DNA from: Lama guanicoe
Taxonomy: Eukaryota
Length of the DNA: 64,000 nt
Direction of reading: 5' to 3'
NCBI GenBank assembly: GCA_013239625.1
Contig: MU053934.1
Location: forward strand, 2,436,399 to 2,500,398
Under the pieces are notes generated by a model. That model had not been told where the DNA came from, did no database searches, and was given only the letters and a program-made list of their open reading frames with translations. Of the stretch, positions 14,011 to 27,075 are shown in pieces. Each line of letters opens with the position of its first letter. Positions within the stretch are counted from its first letter, which is position 1. A program made the translations under genes and the position numbers.

Positions 14011-14563
14011 GAATTTCTGCATATGCTCAGGGGAAGGTGGACAAGGGCTCTCCCAAGAGTCTGTTACAAGTCAAAGCCCCAGGGGACTTTTCCCCGTGAC
14101 TTGCTGGGAGCTGACCACTCCCCCTGGTGCCCAGGAAGCTTCCTCCAGGCTTTGTGGCTGAGCTGGTACCAACCAGGTCATCAGTGGCCACGACAGTGAC
14201 AGCGATCTTTATTGGTCAATTTGATGTAGTGGAGACCTCAGGCCTGAAGCCTCACAGCACAGACACACAGAAAACCCAAAAGAAAATCCGCGGAGTGTGG
14301 GAAACTCAAGTGTTTTCTCTGGGCTGCGCCAGCCTGTTCTATTTCTCTCTAGCTGTTGTCTGCCTGTCTGTTTCTCCTTGTCCAGGTCTGTCTTTTTCTC
14401 ACATCTCTTTTGTCTCCTGTCTCTGACTCTTTTCTCTCTTGCTTCTTTCTCTCTGCATCTCATGCTCTCGGGTCTTCTGCTACCTCTTCTCTGCCTCTCT
14501 TTCTCCTTCTTTCTCTCCCAGTTCCCCCTGCCCCCTTCCTCTCTCTTCCCTTGTCTGCCCCCC

Positions 14564-14712
14564 CCCTCCCCCTCCCTGCCCCCTCTCCCCTGGAGCTTGT
14601 GCACAGAGACAAGGCTCCCCAGGGGCCCAGCAGGACCCCTCCCTCCCCCTCCCTGCCCCCTCTCCCCTGGAGCTTGTGCACAGAGACAAGGCTCCCCAGG
14701 GGCCCAGCAGGA
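14564..14712. repeat. Tandem duplication with a 77-bp period (2 copies)
   Basis: 14564-14635 and 14641-14712 are identical over 72 bp. Confidence 0.95.
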
Positions 14713-15318
14713 AATGCAGTTTCCCCTCTGACCCTGTCAGCTGGCCTTGGAGGATGCAGCTTCCCTCCCACTCGCTCCACTCAGGCAGCCTGAGTGGGCT
14801 CCTGGGGGGCTCAGGATGGAGGAGCTCACTTTTAAGGGACTCTGAGGACAGCCTTTACCAGGAGGGTGGTGAGCCCTGGGCTGGGCTGGGGCTGGGGGCG
14901 CAGGAGAGGAGAACCCCAAGTTCCCTGAGCACCTCCTGGGTGCTGGCAGTGCACCAGGTCCTGGGGGCAGGAGGAGCATCAAAGGCCACAGTCCCTTTCC
15001 TGGAAGATGGAAGGACACATAAGGGCAAAGAGCTGGGAGGGGCGAGGGTGGCAAGGACTGAGGCTTGGGAGGGCAAGGGGTTGGGGCACGGCAGGGGACA
15101 GAGGCGTCTCTGCAGAGGTGGGGGCTTCCGGGCCAGCTGTGTGGAGAAAAACCATCCCCACAAATTTGTACAGCTCTTAACATGTCTTTACACCCACTGC
15201 ATGACCGTTAGGAGCGGTGGTGTGGTGTGTTAGAAAGCGTCCAGGGGTCAGAGTCAGAGGGCTGGGTTCCAATTTCTACCTCGCAGCGTGGTGCATGACC
15301 TTGAACATGTGACGTAAC

Positions 15319-15855
15319 TGTGGAGCCAGCTGGCGCTCTCTGAAGCTGCTCTAAAGCCATAAAACCCCCCACTCCAGGGCTCTCCATGTGCCTGGGGCTG
15401 ATTGACCCTACTCCCCACTTTAGGACCCTCCAAATAAATGCGTTTCTGCAAGATAAAAACACCTTCCCTTGATGCCTGGGTTTACCCTAACAAAGCTAAT
15501 CGCTCCCAGGAAATGGCTCTGTGGACAGCACCCTGTGTGGACAGGCCTCAGGGCACATCCTGCCCTTATCAGAGTCGTAAGTCCTATTCCCCAGAGGGGC
15601 CCCTGACAAGTCTTACAAGCAATCAGGTACCTGTGCAGGAATTCATCATGCAGCCCCCCTACCCCTGTGCTCACAGCCCCTTCCCCCAATAAAACACCTT
15701 GCACGTTCATCCTCAGGGCTCACACAAGCACCTCTCCTCTGTGTGGCCCGTTGTTGCCTGCAGCAGCGAACCTACTAAGCTTTGCTGTGTTCTTAAACTT
15801 CTCTTTGTCTTTGGTAAATTCTTTTACCACCCGCGGCCCACCTTGTCCCCCAACA
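15319..15855 (+). mobile_element. ERV solo LTR (537 bp) inserted into a MIR
   Basis: TG...CA ends with flanks gtaac/ataac (TSD, 4/5). U5-like ggtaaattcttttaccacccgcg. The MIR halves rejoin when the LTR is removed. Confidence 0.75.
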
Positions 15856-15902
15856 ATAACCTCTCCCAGCCTGTTTCTTTGTGTATGAAGTGTGTGCAAA
15901 AG

Positions 15903-15958
15903 ACTTGCTCACTCTAGTATAACAAAGTGGACCTGCTCACTCTAGTATAACAGAGTGG
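15903..15958. repeat. 28-bp tandem duplication
   Basis: acttgctcactctagtataacaaagtgg / acctgctcactctagtataacagagtgg (26/28 identical). Confidence 0.9.
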
Positions 15959-16194
15959 ATACGGCTGATTAAAGGAGAAGTTATTGGAGCGAGCTCAGAG
16001 CCCTGAGCCCCGACCCTTGCTCCGTAGCCACCTCTTCTTTTCCTTCTGGGCACACTCTCTGTCCAACTGTGAGGACAGGGGCATGAAATCATTGCAAAAT
16101 GGCAAGTTTGTATTTAGCGCCTTTTTTAAGCTCAGCTCTGCACCCACCCACCCCACTCCCTGATTGCCTAGCTTCCTAGGGGTCTTTTATGGAA

Positions 16195-16365
16195 GAGTGG
16201 TCCCAGCCCAAACAGCGTCAGAACCACCTGGGAACTTGTGAGGGCACTTAGTTAGTTAGTTAGGCCCCTCCCCAGACTAACTAAAGCAGAAACTCTGGGA
16301 TGGGGCCTTTGGGTTTTAAGGACCCCTCCAGGGGATTCTAATGCTTGGGCACCTTGGAGAACCCT
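16195..16365. mobile_element. MER5A-like hAT transposon
   Basis: agtggtccc...tcagaaccacctggg...cccctccccagac...gagaaccctgg. Confidence 0.55.
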
Positions 16366-19034
16366 GGGATGGAGCATCTTCTCAACGCCCCCACCTGTGA
16401 GGTAAGTACGGCAGTAGTATCTTCATTGCACAGGTGACCTCGTGAGGCTCAGGGAGGTGAGCGGCTCACCTAAGACCACACAGGTAGGAGGTGGTAGAGC
16501 TCAGGTTGGAACCTGAGAAAAGTCAGTGTTCCTTCCACATCTCCCTGCACCGTGCCACCTGGACAGACACAGGGCCGAAGGCCCAGGTGCTTGTGGGAAA
16601 CTCCACCCAGTCATTCCCCAGGCACAGCCCTGCCCAGGGACCTCTCCCACCTCACCTGTTGTGTGTCATTCTGGGCAGGGCCCTGCCTTCGGCTCTAATC
16701 TCAGGGTCTGAGCACTAATTTACACTCAAGTATAAATGGCTGATAATGCCTTCAGGGATACCTGCTGCTCTTAAGGGGATGTTTATGCTAACCAGGAAAA
16801 AAGAGAGCTCATGGTAGGGTTTCAGGCTCCGTGTCAGAAACAGGTATGTTTCGGTGGGGGGAAGGTTGTGGACCCCTGAGTGCAGGCAGAATAGTCTCAT
16901 GGAAATGGCCCCAGAACAACCACGGCTGGGTTGTCACTGCCTAGGGAGCTCGGGCAAGTCCCTGCATTTCCCTAAACCTTCATTTGCTGACCTGTAAACA
17001 GGCATGATTCCTATACCTGGTTCCATTGGGAGGCTCCGCGAGATAGCCTTTATCAGGTGACCCTCCCCTCTCCAGATTGCAGGCTGATGTGAGCAGAGTC
17101 GGACTGGGGCAGAGTCACTCCAGGTTACAAAGTAGGCAGGTCCCTTCCTGGGACAGGACTTAGTGCCACCCACCTGTGCCACCTGCCAAAGGACTGCCTG
17201 GGCTCTGAGTTCCTGGCAATCCCTGCTTCTGGAAACCTTCCCCGATGCCGGCTGGAACTCCCAGCCCTACAGGAGGCAATGTGGGTGTGTAGGGAGCCCT
17301 GGGCTGGGAGTCAGGCCCTGGGTCTGGTCCTGACTTTGCCACAGGCTTTCTGTGTGACCTGGACAATTCCCTGTCTCTCTCTGGGCCTGAAACCTCACCT
17401 GAAAAGTGAGAATGAGATAGAAGGATGTGTAAAGGCCCATCTCACACTAGCTTCCTAACCATCCCCTGGGCCCCTGGAGCTGTGCCTGTCCCTCTGAATA
17501 CGGTAATGAGCACAGCCTGTAGGAGCTGTTCCCGTGGCCTTCTGTGATGTGTAATTTTCTCCCCTCCGTAAGTTCTTTGAGGGAAGGCCCCTGTGTTTGT
17601 TCCTCTTTGTTCTGCCTTCAGCCCTGCACTCTGTGCTGAGCTCTCTACATCACTGGGCTCACTAAAGAGCTGCTGATTAATTCCCAAAGACCCAGGCTTT
17701 GCTCAGAAAAGTGCTTTTCTTTCAAGGTACCTCCTCCTCCAGGGAGCCTTCCCTGATGTCCCCTCCCTCCAGACATACCTATAGAATTACCCCTACCCCA
17801 CCTGCACACTCCTCCCCTCTAGAAATCCCTCCCTTTTGGGTTTGTCAGGAGATTTTCATTGTTCTTAGCACAATACCTGGCACACCCAACAAAGGGTGAA
17901 GGGTGAATTCACTTGAATCACAGTCTGAGGGGAGAGACGGGAGAAAGTCAGATGAAAGGGGTCCAGTGTCTTTGCAGAGATGGGGACCACAGCTGGAAGG
18001 GGCTCTTCCCCAGGAAGTCCTGCAGATGGCAAACAGCTGGCCCAGGGTGGGTGTGACTCACCACACTCCCACAGGCAGGGGGGCTGCTGCCAACAGGCTG
18101 AAGCAGGAGTCAAAAGCCTAAAGGAATTTTGATAAGGACAACACAAGCCCTGGAGTATTTCTAGAATGCAGAAGGTTAAGGGTGCGGGGAGCTGGGTCAG
18201 GACAGAACTGCCTGATTCTGTTATTTATTTAATTTGTTTGCCTGGCTAAAATATTCACATGGTACAACATTCAAAAGGTATGAAGGGTGCACGGTGAAAA
18301 GTCTGCCTCTCTCCTGGTCCTGCCACCCAGGCTCCCTCCCTAGAAGCATCCCATATTTCTTCTAGTTGCTTCCACAGACATCCTTCCTCTCTTCTTCTCT
18401 CCCTTTTTAATACAGGGACGCATGTTAACCACATCATCCTTCACTTTGCTTTGTCCCTTAACATGTCTTTGAGAGCATTTCATGTTAGCACAGAAAAGCT
18501 GTTTTCACTTGCTGAATCTAGCCACCCCCCCCCACCGTATGACATGGGACCTCCTTATCATTAAGTCTCTGGGGGCTTCACGAACGGGCACCTGGACCTG
18601 GTGGGCATCCATTCCCCGGCCTGCTTCTGAATGGGACCCTGCACGCACCAGGGCTTGTGTCTACTGCAGGGTTTCCATTTCCAGGCCTCCGCTACCAAGG
18701 TAAGAATTGAAAGGTTCTTCGTGAAAGGTTTAGATCACCTCCCTTGTTTGAGGCTCAGAGAGGGAAATGACTCATGCAAGATCACACAGCAAGTCAGGAC
18801 AGAGCCAGAGCTGGGGCTGGGCCCTGGGTCTCCTGTCTCCCAGCCAGTGTTTTGCTCAAGCTGCTCAGCAGGAGAATCACAGGGGTCAACAGAGACTGCT
18901 CTAAGGCTGAGCTTCTGTGCACAGGCCCAGACACTCAGGAAGCCAGAAGCAGAGGGCTCCAAGTTCTTTGCAGATACTCGGGAGCTCCCCGGCTAGCGGA
19001 TTCAGTGCTAGCCCCCAGAAGGCTAGCTAATGGC

Positions 19035-19073
19035 AATAATAATAATAACAACAACAACAACAATAATAATAAT
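19035..19073. repeat. Compound microsatellite (AAT)4(AAC)5(AAT)4
   Basis: Seen directly. It produces the spurious poly-Asn in ORF 18774..19154. Confidence 0.95.
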
Positions 19074-20680
19074 AGCAGCTACCACAGTCAGGTGCTTGTA
19101 CTGTGCTTTACAGAACTTGTCCCTTTTGAGTCTCACAAGGGTCCTGCAAGATGAGTGTGATCAGCCCCATTTCCCCCAGCTGGACACCAAGGCTCAGAAA
19201 AGGTAAATAATTTCATCATTTGCCAACATCCCCCAACCATGAAGAGGCAGGGCTGGGATTTTAACCCATGGGTTTCACACCAAGGCTCAAATGCTTTCCA
19301 CTGGGATTATTAACATTTATCAAAATACTGATGCCATTTTTCAGGTGAGAAAACCGAGTCCTTGTGATAAGCCCTCTACCTGAGACTACTTCAGTTTTAC
19401 CAGGAACAAACATCTGGTTCCTGTGGCCCACCAGATGAAGGCCATACCCTCACCGATCCTTCCCTTGACCTTTGATGCTCATTGTGACCCTGCCCCGGCC
19501 CATTTGTCCCAGTTCATCTCCTGCTGTTCTGACCACCTCCCCAACAGGTCACCCCTTCTCCTTTGAGTCAAGTGGAAAAAGTCAACTGGAGAACTAGGTC
19601 CAAATATCTATTCTGTTACCTGCTGTGTGACCTTGGGCAAGTCACTTAACCTCTCTGAGTCTCCCTTTTCTCAGCTGTCAAGTGAAGAAAGGTACAAGGC
19701 CTAAGTCTCAGCCTAGTGCCTGCCCGCCACGCTGTAGACTGATTAATGTGCGATGTTGGAAGAAAGAAGGTAGGAAGGAAGGATCTTTGTTGTGCCCCCA
19801 TCACGTGTCAGACCCTGAGAGACACACTGGGGATCCTGTGTTGAACAAGCAGAGACTGTCACTGCTTTCCGGAGGTTTTTCTCGAATGCGCTGTGGATGT
19901 GGTTAACTGCAGCAGCTGAAGTAACTGGAGTTTTGTAACCGTGGGCAGGATTTCTCCCTTGGGCTTTGGGCCAGAAATGAGAGTGGGGAATTACCCTAAC
20001 GTGACAGAAGAGGAAAGGACCCCATTCACTCAGCTTCAAGTGGTTGGAGACTGAATCCCGCTTTTACAGGCCACCCTGGTTTTCTCTTGCATCTCTGATA
20101 CTTAGCAGTCGGAGGAAGCAAGACTGGGGGCCCTCAGAGAAGGCAGGGGAAAGGAGAGGCCTTTACAGGCACCACGCATAGGATGAGGCCCAGCCCAGCG
20201 GCCCTGGGCAGCGCCCCACTGTCAGGTGTGCCCTTTGGCAGGGAGGACCTGGCTGGGCCTCTCTCCTGCCACTGTCTGTGGGATGAACAGCTGAGCAAAC
20301 GCACCCCAGCCTCTGGTGCCACCCGCTAGCCAACGCTTGATTGTAAAAGGAATGGGTGGGAGGGGTGGAAGGAGGGGCCTGCGGGCCAAGGACCAACCAG
20401 AGGTTCCCCTCAACAATCACTTCAGGTCTTCATTGGTTTCTTAAGAACCCTTGGGAATTTCGCATTCCACTCCCCAGTAGATCTATGTTTAACATAACCA
20501 GTTCCCTCCCCTCCTGGGTATCACTCATTTCCAGCCATGGTTTCCCTCCTGCCCCGCAGAGCACCTGTCCCCACAGACTCCCTTCTCCTTCCATACACCC
20601 AGTCTTCCCTTCCTCTCTTCCCGGATCTTACCCTCCACCATGTCGCCAAAGTCCTTTGAACCCCGACCTCCATGATGTAT

Positions 20681-21170
20681 TGTAAAAGGGAAGAACAAAT
20701 CTAACTCCATATTGGATCTGTTTCTTTTACTTTAACCTTTGTATCCTCTTGCTTTTGCTACAAGATCCTCGCTAAAGGGAGGTTGCCTACAAGCTTAAAT
20801 TATGCACAATGGCCCGTCTCTGGAAACCCTGCCTCTCAGGTAATGAGCATTAAGCTAAAATACCTTTGCTTAGCTCACAGGAAACATCCTGACCAGGCCC
20901 GCCTGTGAATGGCCGCAGGCAGGAAGAAATGAACACATCCCCTCTGGAATCTGACTGGAACCAGGAAATGTTTGACTTTACTCCCTTCCTTTTTAGTATA
21001 AAATAAGCATGAATTCTAACTTAGGCAAGATGGTTCTTTGGGACACTAGTCCATCATCTTCTAGGTCTGCTGGCTTTCTGAATAAAGTCACTATTCCAGG
21101 CCCCAACAATTCACCCCTTGACTTATTGGCCTGTCAAGTGGCAAGCAGTACAAGTTTGGACTTGGTATCA
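20681..21170 (+). mobile_element. ERV1-class solo LTR
   Basis: tgtaaaaggg...tataaaata (TATA-like, ~20997)...aataaa (21081)...gagcttggact-like end ttggacttggtatca. TSD not clear. Confidence 0.7.
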
Positions 21171-21605
21171 CAATCATTTGTTTCTCTGGCTGCCTCAGCC
21201 TCCACCGTGGCTTCCCTCGAGGGCAGGGCTGCAGGCTGCCTCCCTCTGTGTCCCTGACTTTTAGCACAGGCCAAGCCCTTAGGTGGACCACGCGTGGAAA
21301 AATGATGCAATGAATAAATGAACAGGAAGGTGGTAGTCCCTGGGGGTTTTAATAGGTGGAAGGTTGGCCTCCCAGAGATGTCCACATCCTAATCTCAGAG
21401 GCCTGTGAACATGCTGCCTTATAAGGCAAAAGGAAGCTTGCAGGTGTGATTAAGTTAAAGATCTGGCAAAAGAAATTCCTCTTTGGGTCCAGGAGCTCTG
21501 CCGGCCCTTCCTGATGGCCCGCCTTGCAGATTGCAGGCTCGTCTAGCCAGCCCCGACAGCCGCATACGCCACCTCCTTACAGCCAATCCATCCATCATTC
21601 AATAT

Positions 21606-22374
21606 TGCCGACTGAAGGAAAAATGCACCATCTAAAAGTTGAAAATCATGTTTTATTCAAGCACCTCACTGAGACTGCATAGCCCGGGAGACAGCCTCTC
21701 AGGTAGCTCTGAGAAACTGTTCCAAAGAGGTAAGGGAAGAACGAGGGTATATGGGAGTATTTGCTGAAACAAAAAATGTAATCGAACATGAGAAGATTAT
21801 TGCTAAGAAACAGACCCACAGACATAGAGTGGTTGCCAGGGGGGAGGAGGGTGGGAAGGGACAGACTGGGAGTTTGAAATTTGTAGACATTGACAGGTAT
21901 ATATAGAACAGAGAAACAAGATTATACTGTATAGCACAGGGGAATGTATACAAGATCTTGTGGTAGCTCATGGTGAAAAAGAATGTGACAATGAATATAC
22001 GTATGTTCATCTATAACTGAAAAATTGTGCTCTACACTGGAATTTGACACAACATTGTAAACTGACTATAACTCAATAAAATAAAATTTAAAAAATAAAG
22101 ATTACTGCTAATCACAAAAAAACCAGACATCTCAAGTTCATGATTTTAGTGCTTTTCTGTGTATGGGCAGATGCAAGAATTGCATCTGTGTATTGGAGTT
22201 CATTGAAATTATTCCTCTGTTGCACATCTTAACTATCTAGGGCCAGGGTCCTGTTTCTTTCCATTTTGAATTCCCCTTGGGGTGCATCTTTGGGGGCGGC
22301 TGCTGTGGCTGATGGCTTTATGGTGGGCAAACGTTGCTCTTTACTGAAATGACAGGTGACTTTTTTTGTCCACA
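21606..22374 (-). mobile_element. ERV1-class solo LTR (same family as 35941-36378), interrupted by an L1 and lying in an ERVL/MaLR relic
   Basis: The reverse complement shares ggccctagatag, aaaagcactaaa, aacttgagatg, aataaaaca and ctcaacttttag-like motifs with 35941-36378. TG...CA ends. Confidence 0.8.
21807..22097 (+). mobile_element. Young 5'-truncated L1 3' end
   Basis: L1 3' UTR with an A-rich tail. A 14-bp TSD aagatta(t/c)tgctaa at 21793-21806 and 22098-22111. Confidence 0.9.
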
Positions 22375-25300
22375 GGATGTAGCCTACTGGTTCTGTTTCT
22401 CTGACTGAACTCTGAACGATGCCCCTCCAAGAGAAATTGGCCTCTGAGATCTGTATTTGCATGATCGCTCAGAATGAGGTCATGGCAGGCAGAGGAGAGC
22501 CAGCCCAGGAATGGTTTAGGTCAGGTGCCCCTCAGCTGAGGTCTGTGTCAGGGCCAGGTCTCCGTGGAGGTTGGCTGTGGGTGGGTTGGAGGGGGAGTGC
22601 AGACCCCACAGGCAGTCGAACACACACGGGAAGTGGGGGGGTGGGGGAGGGGTGAGACCTGGCGCTCTGGGACACAAGGTGAGGTTTCTCGGGGAGACAG
22701 AGGGCCTAGAGGTGCTGGAAAAGCTGGACCAAATCCATCTGACCAGCCCTGTAGCCGGGCTGGGCCCTGGGGACACAGCAGAAGATAAGGAACAGCCCTC
22801 ATGGGACATACTGTCTCCCTCCCCACGTTGCCCAGTAAGTGCCATGCCGGGCACATGATAATTACTGGACGAATTCTCTGAGACTAGACCCTGCCAAGAG
22901 GGGCCCTAAAATGAGGCATTTGACAAAGTTCTGGGAATAGAGTGAAGGATGGAATAGGGATCTGGGATGAGAAGGGGCCTGGGCTGGGAGGTGAGAGGGC
23001 AGGGCACGGGTGGGGAGGACCACACCCCCAGGAGCCGGGGAGGGGGTGGAGCCAGAACGGTGGTTGCGGAAGGAGCGTTCTCTTCCCGACTCCCTTTCAT
23101 CCGTCCACCCCTCCACCCCCGTGGATAACTTTCCTTTTTAGGGACAGGCCTTTCCTCCCCCACAGAGTAATCAGAGCCAGGATCTCTGCCCCCCAGGCCC
23201 CCGTTTACCCTTAGACCTCTCCTAGCCTGTGGTTTTAGCAAACAATTGGATCCTTCTAGAGCTTGGAGGCCTGGCCCCTTCCTCCTTAGTGGTGGTAAGA
23301 AATGCTCCGCATTCCTGAATCCAGAGGCCTGGGGCCATTCTCCCTGGGGCCATTCTCCCTCGGCCCAAGGACAGACCCGGAGAGGCAAAACCAGCTCTGA
23401 ACCCAGACACCCCTCCCAGGCTCCTAGGTCCCTGGGCTGCCAGTGCCCACCAGGTATACTGTCACAGGCCACTCAGGGCTGCACAGGGTCCCCTGGGGGC
23501 TTGCAGGCTGAGGCCAGACCCCTTGAGGCCCCAGGAGGCTCTAGAATGCTAGAGAACAAATTCTTGGGGCTTCCCACCCTAGAGGCTGGGCTCCTGGAGT
23601 CAGGGCTGCCCAGAGGAGGGTGCTGCCTGAGTCCTGCGAGTCTCCCCATGACGCCCAGTCCTGGCACTGAGGAAGCTCTCCAAATGAATCTGACAGGTGA
23701 GTGAGAGCCGGGCTGGGGAGACATGGGGTATCAGAGAAGGACTCCGCGAGGGGCCACACCTGTGCTGCAGCCCTGGCACGTGGGAAGTAACTAGGGAGCT
23801 CAGGGGATGTGTCCCAGGGGTCAGGTGCAGCTATGGGCCAGCCGCGTAGACGTGTATTTACTCCTCACACAACCCTACCATTGGACTATCATCACATCCT
23901 CGTATCACAGATGAGCCAGTTGAAGCTCAGAGAGGGTAAGAAACTTATCCAAGGACACACAGCAGGTAAGTGCAGGGGCCAGTACTGGGACTTCAGAGTC
24001 CCTGCTTTTAAGTACTAGACACACTGCCTCAGGGGAGAGAGAAGGAAAGGCCCGGAAGGGGAGTGAACACAGGTGGGCTTCAGGCAAACAAGCTCTATCT
24101 CCCAAGGCTGTGGGGTGTCTGGTGGTGGGTAGGGGATGGGGCACAAGGAGACAGGAGGCTGGAGAGGTCAGCCGGGCCTCAGAGGCCACAGTGAGGAGTT
24201 TCCACATTCATACGTACTATCTATTGGGTTTCCAAGTATGGTGTCTTTCAGAGGAACGGTTTGCTACCGACAGGTACGTTGAAAAAAAAGAAAACACAGG
24301 ATCAGCCAATCTCTAAAGACCTTCTGTAAGTAAGGTTTCAGGATGACCTGCATCAGGCCAGGGGGAGACGGAGGGTGGCCGGCTCAGTCTACCCCTGGAG
24401 TGGAGGGGGAAGCTGGACAGGCAGCCGACCTGCTAGGCCAGGGGTCAAAAGTCCCGGTTCTGAGGCAGACCCTGAGCCCCACCTGCAGCCCCAGATAACA
24501 CTACTGTGCACCGCCGGGGTGCTGCTGGGTTAACAGGACAGTTACTGTCTACGGAGCGCCGGCTCATGCATTATCTGGTGTCCCCGAGAATCACTGGTCC
24601 TACATTGCTGATGGCTCCTGGGAAAATGATGAGGACGGGGTCTTACATCTGGAAGGCTCCTTACAACCTGCAAAATGCTCTCATGTACCTATTCCCATCT
24701 GAGCCTCACACAACCCAGATGCCCCAGGCTTTATTATCCTGCTTAAAAACAGAGAAATCAAGGCACTGCTAAAGAAACAACTTTCTCATGATTCCCTGGT
24801 CATTGGGGAACAACCAAGAACTCCAAACGTGGTCTTTTGATTCTCTGTTCAGGGCTCTTTTTACCTCCTGCTCAAAAGAATATCCCATTTGTAGGCATCC
24901 AGCACCATTCATCTTGCTGTCTTACTAGTAAATCCTGATCAGAATCCGGGTCCTAATAATAATAACAACAGTTGCTTTATTGAGTTCTTACTAAGTTCCA
25001 GACACCTGCTTAATGCTTTACAAACATTAACTTAGTCCTCATGACAATTCCATCTATGAAACAGCTAAAATTGTTATTGCCATTTTACAGATGAGAAAAT
25101 AGAGGCTCACATTGTTCCAGGACATACACCTGGGAAGCGGCAGAGCTAGAGTTTGAGCCTAAACCAGTCTTCTCACACCTGGGTCCTAATCAGCAACCGC
25201 ACCTCTCCTCCACTCTCCTCTCTGCTTTTGAGTGTGTCTATGAGGTCTCCCCCGCTCAACATATTATAAATTCCTCTAGAGGTAGAGCCCACATCTTCAT

Positions 25301-25538
25301 TGACTATGTATATCCTCCCAGAGCGCTAAGAATTTTGCTTTGCCTGTAGTGAAGTCTCCACAAATGTGTTAAATAAATGAAATCACTTCTCACTCTTCTA
25401 TAGCATCTTGGGGGTTTCAAAGGGTTGTGTGTAATGAGGTGGGGTCACACAGGTCTGGATTCAAATTTCAGCTCCACCACTTAACGTTGGTGCAATCTTG
25501 ACCTCAATCTCCCCATCTGTAAAATGGGTTAACAACAC

Positions 25539-25540
<2 letters not shown>

Positions 25541-25584
<44 letters not shown>
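25541..25584. repeat. (AC)22 microsatellite
   Basis: Perfect dinucleotide run. Confidence 0.97.
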
Positions 25585-25586
<2 letters not shown>

Positions 25587-25644
25587 CATCGTTGTTAGGA
25601 AGATTAAAATAAGACAAGGTCTGTTAAACCTTTCTCTTCCAGGA

Positions 25645-26130
25645 TGTGGTAGGCAGAAAAATGACCCCCCAAAGATGGCCACCTCCTAATCCCTGTAACC
25701 TGTGAATAGTTGCATGGCAAAGTTGCAGATGGAATTAAGGTTGCTAATCAGTTGACCTTAAAATAGGGAGAATATCCTGGATAGTCCAGGTGGGCCCAAA
25801 ATGTAATCACAAGGGTCCTTAAATGGGGAAGATTGTGGCAGAAGAGAAGACTGAGGGAGATGTTACCAGAAGAATAATCAGGGAGACAACACTGCTGGCT
25901 TTGAAGATGAAGGGGCCTGGGGCCAAGGAAAGCGGGCAGCCTCTAGAAGATAGAAAAGGGCAAAGAAATGGATTTTCCCTAGAGCCTCCAGAAGGAATGT
26001 AGTCCTGTCAACCCCTTGATGTTAACCGAGTGAGACTTATACCAGACTTCAGACTTCCTCTAGAACTGTAAGATAATAAATGTCTGGTTTAAGCCAAGTT
26101 CATGATCATTTGTTACAGCAGCAATAGATC
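25645..26130 (+). mobile_element. MaLR solo LTR (MLT1D-like)
   Basis: tgtggtaggcagaa...aatcacaagggtccttaa...cctagagcctccagaagg...tttgttacagcagcaatag. Confidence 0.85.
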
Positions 26131-26226
26131 ACTCTGTTCAGAGCTTCACAAGCATCGTCTCACATAATCCTCCCCATAAGTCTATGAAGTAGATTAGCAA
26201 TACCCCCATTTTATGGGCAAGGAACC

Positions 26227-27075
26227 TGCGGCAGACAGAATAATGGACCCCAAAGATGCCCATGTTCCAATCTCTGGAGCCTATGACTGTTACAGGGCAA
26301 AAAGGCCTTTGCAGATATGATTTTGGTAAGGATCTTGAGATGAAAAGATTATTATGGATTATCCAGGTAGGCCTGGTAGAATCACAAAGGCACTATTAGC
26401 AGGAAGGCAGAGGTTAGTGTCCTAGTCCATTCAGGCAGCTATGACAAAATAACACCGAGTGGGCAGCTTATAAACAACAGAAATTTATTTCTCAATTTCT
26501 AGGGGTTCGGAAGTCCAAGATTAAGGTGCCAGCACAGTCACTTTCTGGTAAAGGTCCTCTTTCTTGTTCATAACCAGCACCTTCTTACTGTGTCTTCACA
26601 TAGTGGAGGGGGCAGTGGGGTCTCTCTGGATTCTCTTTTATAAGTGCACTAACCTCACTCATGAGGGCCCCACCCTCGGGACTTTAGCACCTTCCATAAT
26701 GCCCCATCTCCTAATGCCATTATCTTCGGGAATTAGGATTTCCACGTATAATTTTGGGGGGGAGTGGATACAAACATTCGGATCATACAGTCAAAGAGTC
26801 AGAAAGGAAGCAGAGGTTGAAGCGATGTGATTCGAAGACAGAGGGCGAAGCTATCAGCCAAGGAGTGTGCTCAGCCTTTGGAAGCCAGAAAAGGCAAGGA
26901 AATGGATTCTCATCTGGAGCCTCGGGAAAAACCACAACCCTGTTGACATCTTTATTTTAGCCCCATAAGAGTCATTTTGGACTCTTGTCCTCTGGAATTA
27001 ATTGTAAGATAATACATTTGTCTTATTTTAAGCCACTAAGTATGTGGTAACTTGTTATAGGAGCTGTAGAGGATT
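26227..27075 (+). mobile_element. MLT1D-like LTR containing an antisense MLT1A/MST-like LTR (26418-26789)
   Basis: The outer element resembles 25645-26130. The inner one begins tgtcctagtccattcaggcagctat...aaacaacagaaatttatttctc and ends gatcataca. Confidence 0.75.

Noticed and set aside
14127..15233. Long overlapping ORFs (up to 264 aa)
   Set aside because: They arise from a low-complexity pyrimidine tract and the 77-bp duplication, are open in many frames, and show no recognisable domain.
22628..22652. G-quadruplex-forming motif (others near 38760 and 50790)
   Set aside because: Common in GC-rich isochores; nothing links these to a function.
23328..23360. 15-bp tandem duplication cctggggccattctc x2 (similar small duplications at ~2541 and ~54770)
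   Set aside because: Ordinary slippage events with no supporting context.
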